The notes beneath the pieces are model-generated. The model had not been told where the DNA came from and ran no database searches. It saw only the letters and a list, made by a program, of their open reading frames with translations. Both the position numbers and the translations under genes were made by a program. This document shows, one piece after another, positions 47,405 through 56,210 of a DNA stretch of 64,000 bases; the first letter of the stretch is position 1, and each line of letters begins with the position of its first letter. Source of the stretch: Candidatus Eiseniibacteriota bacterium (GTDB taxonomy: Bacteria > Eisenbacteria > RBG-16-71-46 > CAVPCR01); assembly GCA_963702435.1 (NCBI GenBank), contig CAVPCR010000004.1, forward strand, positions 370,829 to 434,828, in the 5' to 3' direction.

Positions 47405-47420
47405 ACCACCGGCCCCGTAG
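47290..47420 (+). pseudogene. IS5/IS1182-like DDE transposase fragment
   Basis: An alternate frame reads ...ETIADFKAAGIRTYIPEPKTPGGRRRWKGK..., resembling the conserved ...GI..YI.EP......W.G... block of these transposases. Only about 40 aa. Confidence 0.3.
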
Positions 47421-47604
47421 TATCTGCCTGTGCCTCCCGAAAACTGTCTCTCTGTCCCTCCCGAAAACCCCGTAGCCGCCTGCCCCAATTGAGTATGCGC
47501 CCGCTCGGCCTCGCCGTCCTGCCGTTCTTCCCGTGCCGACCAGCGGAATCGGGTACTCCCTTGCGTCGTGGTAGTCTCCCTGCTCTCCCCGCAGGCCCGA
47601 GCGG

Positions 47605-48048
47605 TTGCCGCGACCCATGACGCCTATCTTCGCCGCCCTCTTCGCGTTCCTCGGCGCCAGCCTTCGTTCCCGGGCCTCGATGCAGCTTGAGATCCTCGCG
47701 CTCCGGCATCAGTTGGCCGTCTGCCAGCGATCTCTGAAGCGACCGCGTCTCCGGCCCGCCGACCGCCTCCTCTGGCCCTGGCTCGCCCGCCTCTGGCCGC
47801 GCTGGCGAGAAGCCCTCATGATCGTTCAGCCGAGAACCGTCATCACCTGGCAACGGCGCCGCTTCCGCGAGCACTGGACCCGTCTCTGCCGCTCGGGGAA
47901 ACCTGGACGGCCGTTGGTAGCGAAAGAAGTGCGTGTTCTCATCCGGCGGCTGTCGGCCGCCAATCCACTCTGGGGAGCACCGAGGATTGTCGGCGAGCTC
48001 GCCAAGATCGGAATCGCCGTGACCAAGGCCACGGTCGAGAAGTACACG
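47605..48048 (+). pseudogene. N-terminal 148 aa of an rve-type integrase/transposase (HTH part only)
   Basis: ...LEILALRHQLAVCQRSLKRPRLRPADRLLW...IVQPRTVITWQRRRFREHW...LIRRLSAANPLWGAPRIVGELAKIGIAVTKATVEKYT is the usual N-terminus of this transposase class. The DDE core is absent. Confidence 0.65.
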
Positions 48049-49193
48049 CTCGCCAACTGGCATCCCCACCTGCACGTGCTCGCCACCGACGGCGCCTTTC
48101 GGCCCGACGGCACGTTCGTGCCGCTCGGTGTTCACTCGCTCGCGGTGCTGACCGAGGCGTTCCGCCGCGCCGTGCTCCGCGCCTTCGTCCAGCGCGGCCT
48201 GTTCAGCGCCGAGGTGGCCGCCTCCATGCGCGCCTGGCCCCACTCCGGCTTCCATGTCCACAACGCCGTGCGGCTCGATGGGGATGACCTCGGCGGCCTC
48301 TTGCCGCTCGCTCGCTACGCAGCCCGCGCCCCCCTCGCCCTCACCCGCATCACCTACGACGCTGCAAAGCCGCAGGTCCTGGTTGCCTCCGACAAGGCCG
48401 AAGGGCCCACCGCCGGGACGCATGCCTTCGCTCCTCTCGACTTCCTTGCCCAGCTCCTCACCCACATCCCGCGCCAGGGCGAACACCTCGTGCGCTACTA
48501 CGGCGCGTATGCGAGCCGCACCCGCGGCACCTGGCGCCGGCAAGGGATCGGCCCCTGGGTCGAGCGGCAGCGCGGCGAGGGGGACCAAGAGGACGAGCCA
48601 CCGGGTGCACCCCGCGATGCCAACGCTGATCCTGGCGGTGACCCGGTGGTGCCACCTCCGGAACCGCTATCCCCATCGCGGGCCGCGCTCAGGAAGCGCT
48701 GGGCGGAACTCCTCCGTCGCCTCTACGAGGTCGATCCGCTGAGTTGCCCGCGGTGCGGGGGCGAGATGCGGATCATCGCCTTCCTCCTCGATCCACCGGT
48801 GATCGACGCCATCCTCCGCCACCTCCGCCGCGCTGCCTACGACGCGCGGGCCGGCCCGTGGGCGGAGGTGGTTGGGAGCAATGCGGTGGCGGGGGACGCC
48901 GGCCCGGCGGGGTGCGGCTAGCCCGGCCGGCCGCGGCCAGCGCGCGGTTTGGGGTGCTGCCGATCACCATCGGCAGCGCAAGGGGAGAGGTGCGCCCAGC
49001 CGCGACCGGGCGTCGGTCGGCGGGGCCGCATCGCGGTGCGGCGGCCGCGGCCACCCCGCGGCAACGTCGGGCCACGACGCGCAGTCGCCGGTCACGCCAC
49101 GCCGCGGACGCCTCCCGGTCGGTCGCGCGCGCGGCTTGGCTCCCCCTTCTCCTCCTCCTCCCAGGCTATTGACGAAAGGAAATTCCTATCCCT
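47939..49193 (+). repeat. Direct repeat copy A (1,255 bp): integrase remnant, IS91 transposase fragment and 272-bp structured tail
   Basis: It matches 56211-57465 at a constant +8272 offset. I found 5 differing bases by eye (48161, 48229, 48586-48588). It ends ...GACGAAAGGAAATTCCTATCCCT followed by TG (CTTG). Confidence 0.9.
48049..48921 (+). pseudogene. IS91-family HUH/Y2 transposase, C-terminal about 290 aa, fused in frame to the integrase fragment
   Basis: HUH motif WHPHLHVLATDG, tyrosine motif HLVRYYGAYASRTRG and C-terminal CPRCGGEM zinc ribbon are present. The N-terminal zinc-binding region is missing. Confidence 0.75.
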
Positions 49194-49195
49194 TG

Positions 49196-49428
49196 ATCGG
49201 CTGTACGACGCTGAGGGCCAGAACGTCGGGTACTTTCGCGGTGATGTCGCGTATTCGCTTCAGGGAGATTACCTCGGCGAGCTATACGACGACGAGCGCA
49301 TCGGGAAGCGCACGACGCGCATGCAGAGCAGAGGAAGCGCGATGATGGGGCACGTCGGGATCGCCCTGATGAGGCAAGTCGGACGCGTCGGCCTGTCGGT
49401 TGCTGGGTGGTCAGACCCGGATTTCTAA
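49196..49428 (+). pseudogene. C-terminal part of a 4-fold-beta-flower-like protein
   Basis: ...LYDAEGQNVGYFRGDVAYSLQGDYLGELYDDERIG...WSDPDF has only about 2 of the expected 4 repeats. It begins directly at the end of repeat A without its own start. Confidence 0.35.
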
Positions 49429-49482
49429 CCTCGAGGCAGCTCTGACGCGGGAGTTGGGGTAATGGAGTTGCGGAGGGACGCT

Positions 49483-49517
49483 AAAAAGGGCCCCAGGTGA
49501 GTGCCTGGAGCCCTTTT
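49483..49517. terminator. Canonical bidirectional intrinsic terminator
   Basis: AAAAA-GGGCCCCAGG-TGAGTG-CCTGGAGCCC-TTTT lies between convergent ORFs. This A/T-flanked form is unusual in this window. Confidence 0.7.
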
Positions 49518-49534
49518 CGAGGCGTGTTCAGTGA

Positions 49535-50269
49535 CTAAGGACCGGATGGTTGACACGTGTCAATGCCGGGGACCTCTACGCCGATGGCTCCTCGCTGATC
49601 TTGTGGAATGGGCGTGGGCATGTTTCCACCGGCGGTTATAACATGGGTCCCGAGGGGGAACTCAGCCTCGGCGATGGTGAGCATCGTTCCTGGATTCCCA
49701 GCTCGGATGAGCAGGCGGCCGATAGGAGCAAGATCTCCACCACGCAGAGGGTTGAAAGCGACGGCATAGTTACCATTGCCAGTACAGGGCGTGACCACCT
49801 CGATGGCTCCTGATCGGCAGCTGCCGATCCATCCGTAGCAAGTCCAGCTTGGATCCCATGAGAGGCGCAGCTGGATGCCGGTCACGGCCTCGTAGTCAAT
49901 GAGGTAGACGTACACGATGACGAGCGCTGCGGAGTCGACCGTGGTGGTCGCGGTCTGCGTGGCGCAGTCGAGTCCCTGGAGCTGCGGCGTCTCACAAGTG
50001 GAGGCCGGATCGTAGGACACAGCGTGGAGGACGATGCGCGTATCTGCGTTGGGTGTGCTTGGTGGCGCCTCGACGGGGGTGGGGGTGACATCGGTGACTC
50101 CAGACGTGTCGATGACGACGCCTACGGAGTCATCTACCTGTAGATGGCCGTCGCCTGGCACCACCGCTGGGGGGTTGATGGCTTTGTTCCCGGGAGGGGC
50201 GCCGGGATCAAGACAGCTCAGTGCGGCCATGAGGCCCAGGAGCACTGAGACCAGAGTAAGGTTTTTCAT
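49535..50269 (-). CDS. Cys-rich lipoprotein of unknown function
   Basis: ATG at 50269 follows GGAG. Lipobox LMAALSC. 244 aa with 8 Cys after the lipobox Cys, 17 nt downstream of the protease pseudogene, in an AT-richer region. Confidence 0.55.
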   Translation of the reverse strand: MKNLTLVSVLLGLMAALSCLDPGAPPGNKAINPPAVVPGDGHLQVDDSVGVVIDTSGVTDVTPTPVEAPPSTPNADTRIVLHAVSYDPASTCETPQLQGLDCATQTATTTVDSAALVIVYVYLIDYEAVTGIQLRLSWDPSWTCYGWIGSCRSGAIEVVTPCTGNGNYAVAFNPLRGGDLAPIGRLLIRAGNPGTMLTIAEAEFPLGTHVITAGGNMPTPIPQDQRGAIGVEVPGIDTCQPSGP

Positions 50270-50285
50270 TTCGGTACTCCTTTGC

Positions 50286-51557
50286 TTACCTGAGGACAAT
50301 GGCCTTATGGGTGAGGTCTCGGCCGGCGGCGTGGATGCGGTAGAAGTAGACGCCGGAGGAGACCGGTTGCCCGCCATCAGTGCGGCCGTCCCAGGTGGCG
50401 GCGTGCTCGCCGGGGTCTTCGAAACGGTCGACGAGCCGGCGGATGAGGCGACCACTGGGCGTGAGGACATCGAGAGTTACGTGCCCGCGAGTCGGGAGCT
50501 GGTAGGTGATGCGGGCAGATCCGGGCGAGGGGTTCGGCGCTATCCCGCGAAGCGCAAACGGTGGGGCCATCGGCACGTGATCCCGGACGGCGTAGACGAG
50601 TCCGAGACAGTTCGTGCCCTTGGGGACGCCGATGTCGAGAAAGATGTTCCCTGGTTCGTTCGCAAAGGGGTACCCGAAGGTGTCCCATCCTTCGCAGAAC
50701 TCAGAGAATTCATAGATGAAGTGCCCGCCGATCATGTAGTTGACCGAGACATCGGCGATCTCAGTTATCCCGGTATAGAAGGTGGTGCTGTTGTCGTCAT
50801 CGTTATAGGCGTCGTGGTCGTTGGGAAGGTCGTAGATGTCCCAGAGGTGGGTGGCGACGGCACGCTCCGCCGATTCCCCGCGCGGGTAAGGGGTGTTTCC
50901 GCCCCATTCGAGGTCGTAGGTCTCGGGCAGCGTGTCGTTGAGGGCACCGTTGTAGACGTAATCTTCGAACAGGAAATCGTTGGTGGCCCCGCACGGGTAG
51001 AACCACGCCCAGCCTTCACTGTACGCGCAGTATGGGTCGGTGACAGCCCCCCAGTGATGGCTGTTGCAGGGGGTGGTCGGCGGTGGGAGGGCCGCAAGGG
51101 TGTTCAACACGTGATGGGCATATTCATGGCCGATGATGTCGAAGTCCCACTCATCGAATCGAATGTCGCTTGGTGGATTGCTGTAGCCATCGAGGTGGAT
51201 GATCGCATCTAGGCGTGTGTAGTAGGAGTATGTTTGTGGTAGCGTGCGGTCCCAAATGCACTGGACTGGCGGGGCAGTGTAACCGGTCGCCGTCTCGGTG
51301 AAGTGGGCGAGGTCGTAAAGGTCGTATGTGATGTTGAAAGCACCGCGCTCGGTGCCGGTATAGGTGAAGGCCCCATAGAGGCCTTCGAGATCGATGAAGT
51401 TGGCGTTGTTGACGTACCGGGCCGCAAGGGGAAGCCAGACGCCATATCCATAGAGGTAGTCGTCTTGATCGACAACGGTCCGGTAGTCGACCAGGTCGGT
51501 GGTCCATGTCGGGATGAAGAGCTGTGAGCGTGGGCGCGGTGTTTGATGGCATTTGAG
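50286..51557 (-). pseudogene. HEXXH zinc metalloprotease with CTD, 5'-truncated
   Basis: The frame is open from 51557 to 50286 and contains IIGHEYAHHV and a complete CTD (...ITYQLPTRGHVTLDVLTPSGRLIRRL...SGVYFYRIHAAG...AIVLR). There is no ATG, GTG or TTG upstream of 51110 and no signal peptide. It abuts the transposon end. Confidence 0.6.
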
Positions 51558-51579
51558 TCACGCATGTCGAGGGGAGTGT

Positions 51580-52419
51580 TTATCGCGCCTTGGCGCGGCC
51601 GCGGTCGGGGACCTTCGGCACGGTGAAGACCTCGAGGTAGAGCTTTTCGTCGAGCTGGCGTGCATCACGCTGAACGGCAGCATCGAGGAGCTCTCCGGCC
51701 ATGGTCATGAGGATGCGGTAGTTGCCGGCGGCGTGCTCGCAGAGCGTGGTCATGAGCTCGGTCGTCATCAAGTGCGGGTTTCCGGTCTGGTTGAGGGCGT
51801 GACGCAAGCATTCGAGCAGTTCCTGTGGAGTGGCGGGCTGGAGGACGAGGCGAACACGCATCCGGCTGCCGAGGGGAAGGAGCTCCTCGCCGCGGAAGTT
51901 CTCGGTCAGGCGAGAGTCACCGCCGAGGACGACGGTGAGGAGCGCGCGGGAGTCGAGCTCGGTGGCGCAGAGCAGGCGGAGCTCGTTGAGCACGGCGGGC
52001 CGCATCTCCTGTGCCTCGTCGACGATGAGCACGGGACGGAGGAGAGCGGCTTCGATGTGCGCTTGCCAGCGTTCGCGGAGCACCCGGGCTCCGGCCCAGC
52101 GGTTGTGGGGTGAGAGCTGAACGCCGAACAGGTCGCCGAGCTCGCGGTAGAAGTCGGGGACGCCGCTCTGGGGACGGGTGAGGATCCCGACCATGAGGTC
52201 ACGATGTCCGGAGAGCTTGTCGACGAGGAGCCGCAGCGCGACCGACTTGCCGAGTCCGGGATCGCCGGTGATCAGGGCGAAGCCTCCTTCGCGGGTCAGG
52301 TTCTCGACGCGCCACGAGAAGTGCTCGAGCTTGGGAGTGAGGAGGAGCGCCTCGATGGGGACCTCGGGCGAGAAGGGGTTCCACTTGAGGCCATGGAGCG
52401 AGAGGAGCTTCGGGTTCAT
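51580..52419 (-). CDS. TniB/ExeA-like AAA+ transposition ATPase
   Basis: Walker A ITGDPGLGKS and Walker B VLIVDEAQ. The ATG overlaps the transposase stop (ATGA at 52416-52419). Confidence 0.85.
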   Translation of the reverse strand: MNPKLLSLHGLKWNPFSPEVPIEALLLTPKLEHFSWRVENLTREGGFALITGDPGLGKSVALRLLVDKLSGHRDLMVGILTRPQSGVPDFYRELGDLFGVQLSPHNRWAGARVLRERWQAHIEAALLRPVLIVDEAQEMRPAVLNELRLLCATELDSRALLTVVLGGDSRLTENFRGEELLPLGSRMRVRLVLQPATPQELLECLRHALNQTGNPHLMTTELMTTLCEHAAGNYRILMTMAGELLDAAVQRDARQLDEKLYLEVFTVPKVPDRGRAKAR

Positions 52420-53936
52420 GGCTGGTCCTCCTGGAGAGTGGTCTGCGGGGGCGGCGCGTGGTGCGCGGCGAGTGGATACGGTGCGGGTTTCGGGAGATAG
52501 GCCGGCGGGAGGCCGGTGGCGGCGTAATCTTTCATCAGCTGGCGCATCAACGGCGCCATGCCGGACTCGGTCGGCGGATCCTGATCGCGGGTGGCGAGGG
52601 GATCTTCAGGCAGTCGACGCCTGAGGCCGTCAGCGTTACGTGCCTTGTCGAGGGGGTAAAGTTGACAGAGTACCGCTCCCGTGCGTTCGTCGACGAGGTG
52701 AACCTGAGAGAGGTCCCAGGTGGCGTAGCGCACGGCGACGCGTTCGAGGGTGCGGTAGTGCGCGGGGATCTCGAAGCGGCATCCCTCGAGCGTCAGGGTG
52801 CCGTCGCTACGGCGCTGAGTGCGCCGCACTTCGATCGTGAAGGCGAGGCGCAGCGGCTGGCTGTCGGGGCTCGATCGGCCGACGTCGGGTCCTTGGAGGT
52901 AGCGTTCGACGGGGGACTGGTGGATCTCGGAGTGCACGGTGCGGTTGTACTCCATCTCGGCCCAAGCCTGGGTGGCCTCGTTGAGAAGCGGCAGCGTCAG
53001 GTCGCGCACTCCTTCGAGCATGGCGATCAGCCGTCCTTCGAGCTGGGCCCAGAAGACTTCTTGTTTGGCGTTCTGGTAGGCGGAGTAGGGCAAGGTCAGG
53101 TGATGGAGGATGCCGAGCCGGGCCAGGCCCTGGGTCACCTCGCCAGCCTTCATGGCGGTGCCGTTGTCGCTCATCAACGACCTCGGCAACGAGCGCTTCT
53201 GAATCGCCTGCGAGAGACCATGCACGAGGTTCTCCGCGTTCTCAGCGTGGTACCATTGCGCGTGACAGACCAATCGTGAGCGATCATCGAGGATCGCCAG
53301 AACCTGCGGGATCACCCACTCGCCGTCGGGCGTGAGCACCTTCTTCGAGCCGGCGTGGAAGTCGAGATGCCAAAGCCCGTGGACGTACTCGGCCTCGAAG
53401 CTACGCACCTCGCGCTCATCGAGCCGTGCTTCGGCGCGTCGCACCCCGGTGGTGTCGGCGCTGGAGACCCGGCGCCGCTTCCACAGCCCGTTGGCCTTCA
53501 TGAACCGACGGACGGTCGAGTACGAGGGTAGCGGCCCGAGGGTCGGATCCGCACCCGCCAGCACTGCGAGGTTGTCGTAGTGCAGCGCGTAGCTCCAACC
53601 GCGGTGGGCCTTGTACAGTTCGTGAATCGCCTGCTTGAGCCCGTCCCCGATCGCGAGCGCCCGGCCGGAGTCCTTGCGGATCTTGCGCCGAAGCACCCTG
53701 ACTGGATCGAACCGCTCCCGCTTCGCCTGGTGATACCAACGTTCGATGGTCGACACCCCGAACTGCATCGGTCGAGCGGTCACGGGGTGGAGCCACTGCT
53801 TCTCGGCCAGCTTCCGGAGCTCGCCCTGAAGCTCGCCACGCGCCGGCGGCGCCGCCAGGAGCGGGCCGATCACCGAGAAGCGCAGATGCGCCCAGCGTTC
53901 GTGGACCGTGAGCTTACGGTTCTCGTCGTCTGCCAT
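52416..53936 (-). CDS. DDE (rve-type, Mu-like) transposase
   Basis: The catalytic blocks are WHLDFH, LMSDNGTAM and YQNAKQEVFW (D, D, 35-E spacing). The N-terminal HTH region is present. 506 aa, intact. Confidence 0.9.
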   Translation of the reverse strand: MADDENRKLTVHERWAHLRFSVIGPLLAAPPARGELQGELRKLAEKQWLHPVTARPMQFGVSTIERWYHQAKRERFDPVRVLRRKIRKDSGRALAIGDGLKQAIHELYKAHRGWSYALHYDNLAVLAGADPTLGPLPSYSTVRRFMKANGLWKRRRVSSADTTGVRRAEARLDEREVRSFEAEYVHGLWHLDFHAGSKKVLTPDGEWVIPQVLAILDDRSRLVCHAQWYHAENAENLVHGLSQAIQKRSLPRSLMSDNGTAMKAGEVTQGLARLGILHHLTLPYSAYQNAKQEVFWAQLEGRLIAMLEGVRDLTLPLLNEATQAWAEMEYNRTVHSEIHQSPVERYLQGPDVGRSSPDSQPLRLAFTIEVRRTQRRSDGTLTLEGCRFEIPAHYRTLERVAVRYATWDLSQVHLVDERTGAVLCQLYPLDKARNADGLRRRLPEDPLATRDQDPPTESGMAPLMRQLMKDYAATGLPPAYLPKPAPYPLAAHHAPPPQTTLQEDQP

Positions 53937-53993
53937 CGCGTTCGCCTCCCTTTCGGGCGGCCGAGCCTGGCCGCCGTGATGTGGGAGCGGACG

Positions 53994-54638
53994 CTAATCG
54001 CGGTCACCCTCGGCCCGCACCGCGCGTCTTCTGCGGGTGGCCCGCGGGGTCACCCGGCGCCGCACATAGCTTGCGCATTCCGGCGCCGACGCGGTGGTGA
54101 TCGGGGAGAGGAATCGCAGGAGGGCGATCAGCCGGGAACGGTCATCGCCAGGGAAGCGACCGAGGAGCACGCGGGGTAGATCCATCGCGAGCAGGCGTCC
54201 GGTGAACCGGCCGCGGGCCACGCTCCAGAACCGGCTACGCGCGAAGGTGGTGCGCCACCACCGGCGCCACCGGGCCAGGGTCCGGGAGCTCACCCCCAGC
54301 CATTGCCGAAGCTGCCGTTGAGCGCGCCCCCGCCCTCGCATCGCCGCCAGGACGACCACCGCCGCGGAGTAAACCCGCCGGCCCAAGAAGCGTACCGAAG
54401 GTGGCGTCAGCCGCCGCCGGCACCCCTCCACGGCGCAGCACAAGCTCAGTCGGAGGTCATACCGGACCGCCAACCGCTCTGGAAGACCCCGCGGCTTACG
54501 GGGGTAGTTCGCCTGGTCGACCCTCCCGCCGCACCACCCGCACCCCCCGCGGCGGGCCGCCCGGGCGAGATCCTGGTCGTACTGAAAAAGGACCTCGTAG
54601 AGCCGCTCGTCCCTGAGCAGATCCTGGTACAATCCCAT
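53994..54638 (-). CDS. Cys-rich (zinc-finger-like) accessory protein of the transposon
   Basis: GGCGWCGGRVDQANYPRKPRG...CCAVEGC... It is the first gene of the element. I recall similar ORFs next to such transposases, but their function is unknown. Confidence 0.5.
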   Translation of the reverse strand: MGLYQDLLRDERLYEVLFQYDQDLARAARRGGCGWCGGRVDQANYPRKPRGLPERLAVRYDLRLSLCCAVEGCRRRLTPPSVRFLGRRVYSAAVVVLAAMRGRGRAQRQLRQWLGVSSRTLARWRRWWRTTFARSRFWSVARGRFTGRLLAMDLPRVLLGRFPGDDRSRLIALLRFLSPITTASAPECASYVRRRVTPRATRRRRAVRAEGDRD

Positions 54639-54795
54639 CCTCCTTCGTCTTTGCTGGACTGAAGGAGGAAACCCCCTCGGGGCGCTTGAATCAAGCTCCT
54701 TGAGGGGGTTCTGCTTGCACTCCCTGATGGCGCCTCGGACGATTCCATCAGTGATCGTGATCCGAAACGCCGTCCCCGACCATCAACTTTCTTGC

Positions 54796-56046
54796 TTACG
54801 CTGACTGATCGACTGATACGTTGTACATGCCCCAACTGCCAGAGCCGTCCGTCTCGGTCGCCTGGTCAAATCGGAAGTAGAATGTGCCGCCGGGGACGGT
54901 AAACTGGTACTGTCCGTTGGGGTGAGTGTAGTAAAGTTCAGTAAGAAGATACTTCATCGCCCTATTGGTCTGTGGCCCTGTCACGTTGTCGTAGTCCTGG
55001 TAGAGATACCTTCCCAAGATGTCGAAGTCGCGGACGACGCGCACGGGATAAGGATCCACGGTGAAGCCGGTTTTGCGGGCGCGGATCTCGCCGGTCATCG
55101 CGGCGGTGCCGGCAGTGAAGCGGGCTTTGTGATCGGGAAGCTCGGTGATGGTGCCTAAAGATGCCGGGACGAGCCACCACTCCTCCATGTCGAGGATCGT
55201 ACCCGGAGGATACTCGTACCAGAAGAGCATGCAGTATCCGCTTGTGACTTGAAAGTATGGGAAGTTAACGGAACGGACAGGACCGGCTGTGCAATCACCC
55301 TGGTAGCGGGGACTCAGGGATCCGTGGTCACGGGCAGGGGGCTGGGAATGCGGGGGATCGATGCAACAAGGGTCAGGGCGCTTGTTGACCTGGGGTGCGA
55401 CGTCTGGTTCGGGGGGAACAGAGACGGTGGGTGGTGGGGGAGTGGTGACGGGGTGGCTTGTGCTATCGCTTCGAGGTGCACCCTCTGGGTATGCCTGGAG
55501 GATGTCGTAGGCAAATGGCGGCGTGGGGGAGGAGGGATCAGGGGCGCGTGGACGGTAACCGTGGATGCAAACAGGAAGGGATGCCGCTGCCAGAGGGGTA
55601 TCGGGAGATGCAGGCCCGTCGGCCGTGCAGGACCACGGACGGATGGGGTTGATGCACTGTGCGCGGATGGTGTCGCTTCCGCAAGTGGTGGCAACGAAAC
55701 GCACAGAGAGTTGGAGGGGCGTATGTGGCTTGAATGAACCACGCCAGTGCTTGCCCTTCCGCGTCAAGAGGACACCGCCCTCACGCGTCCAGACGGTGCG
55801 CGACGTGGTGTCTTGGGGCGCAGCGATAGCTATGCCCGGACAACCGAGTGATGCCAGGGCAAGATCCATTGGCGCATCAGCGGTAAAGCTCGCAGTTACC
55901 GAGACCGTGTCCCCGACGCTAATCTCGGTCTTGGAAGCAGTGAGTTGAACGCGAACGTTCGGAGCAGGCTCTTGGGGCGCTGCGGAGGTCGAGGAGATTG
56001 CCAAAACAAATGCAGCGCAAGCAAGGGCCGGGTTGAGATGCTTCAT
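54796..56046 (-). CDS. Secreted Pro/Cys-rich protein of unknown function
   Basis: ATG at 56046 follows AGGAGG. Signal peptide MKHLNPALACAAFVLAISSTSAA. 416 aa with a Pro-rich linker, in an AT-richer region. Confidence 0.6.
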   Translation of the reverse strand: MKHLNPALACAAFVLAISSTSAAPQEPAPNVRVQLTASKTEISVGDTVSVTASFTADAPMDLALASLGCPGIAIAAPQDTTSRTVWTREGGVLLTRKGKHWRGSFKPHTPLQLSVRFVATTCGSDTIRAQCINPIRPWSCTADGPASPDTPLAAASLPVCIHGYRPRAPDPSSPTPPFAYDILQAYPEGAPRSDSTSHPVTTPPPPTVSVPPEPDVAPQVNKRPDPCCIDPPHSQPPARDHGSLSPRYQGDCTAGPVRSVNFPYFQVTSGYCMLFWYEYPPGTILDMEEWWLVPASLGTITELPDHKARFTAGTAAMTGEIRARKTGFTVDPYPVRVVRDFDILGRYLYQDYDNVTGPQTNRAMKYLLTELYYTHPNGQYQFTVPGGTFYFRFDQATETDGSGSWGMYNVSVDQSA

Positions 56047-56210
56047 ATCGGCCTCCTGCCTGCCGGGATGGGTCCCTGAATGATACTCCTGCGAAGAGCG
56101 GGGCAAGAAGAAATTGTGTATCCGCTAAGACGCTGCAACAACGACGGTTGCAATAGGCAGTGAAACGAGCGGACCACGAGAGAAGAGACCGAAGGGACCG
56201 ACCGATCATT

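Larger units (their letters stand above)
51540..54790 (-). mobile_element. Three-gene TniA/TniB-like (Mu/Tn552-type) transposon, about 3.25 kb
   Basis: An accessory ORF, a DDE transposase and an AAA ATPase sit in one direction. An inverted GT(T)TGATGG occurs at 51541-51549 and 54780-54788. Extra TGATGG/CCATCA copies at 54724-54730 and 54745-54751 resemble subterminal binding sites. Ends are approximate and no target duplication was identified. Confidence 0.6.
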
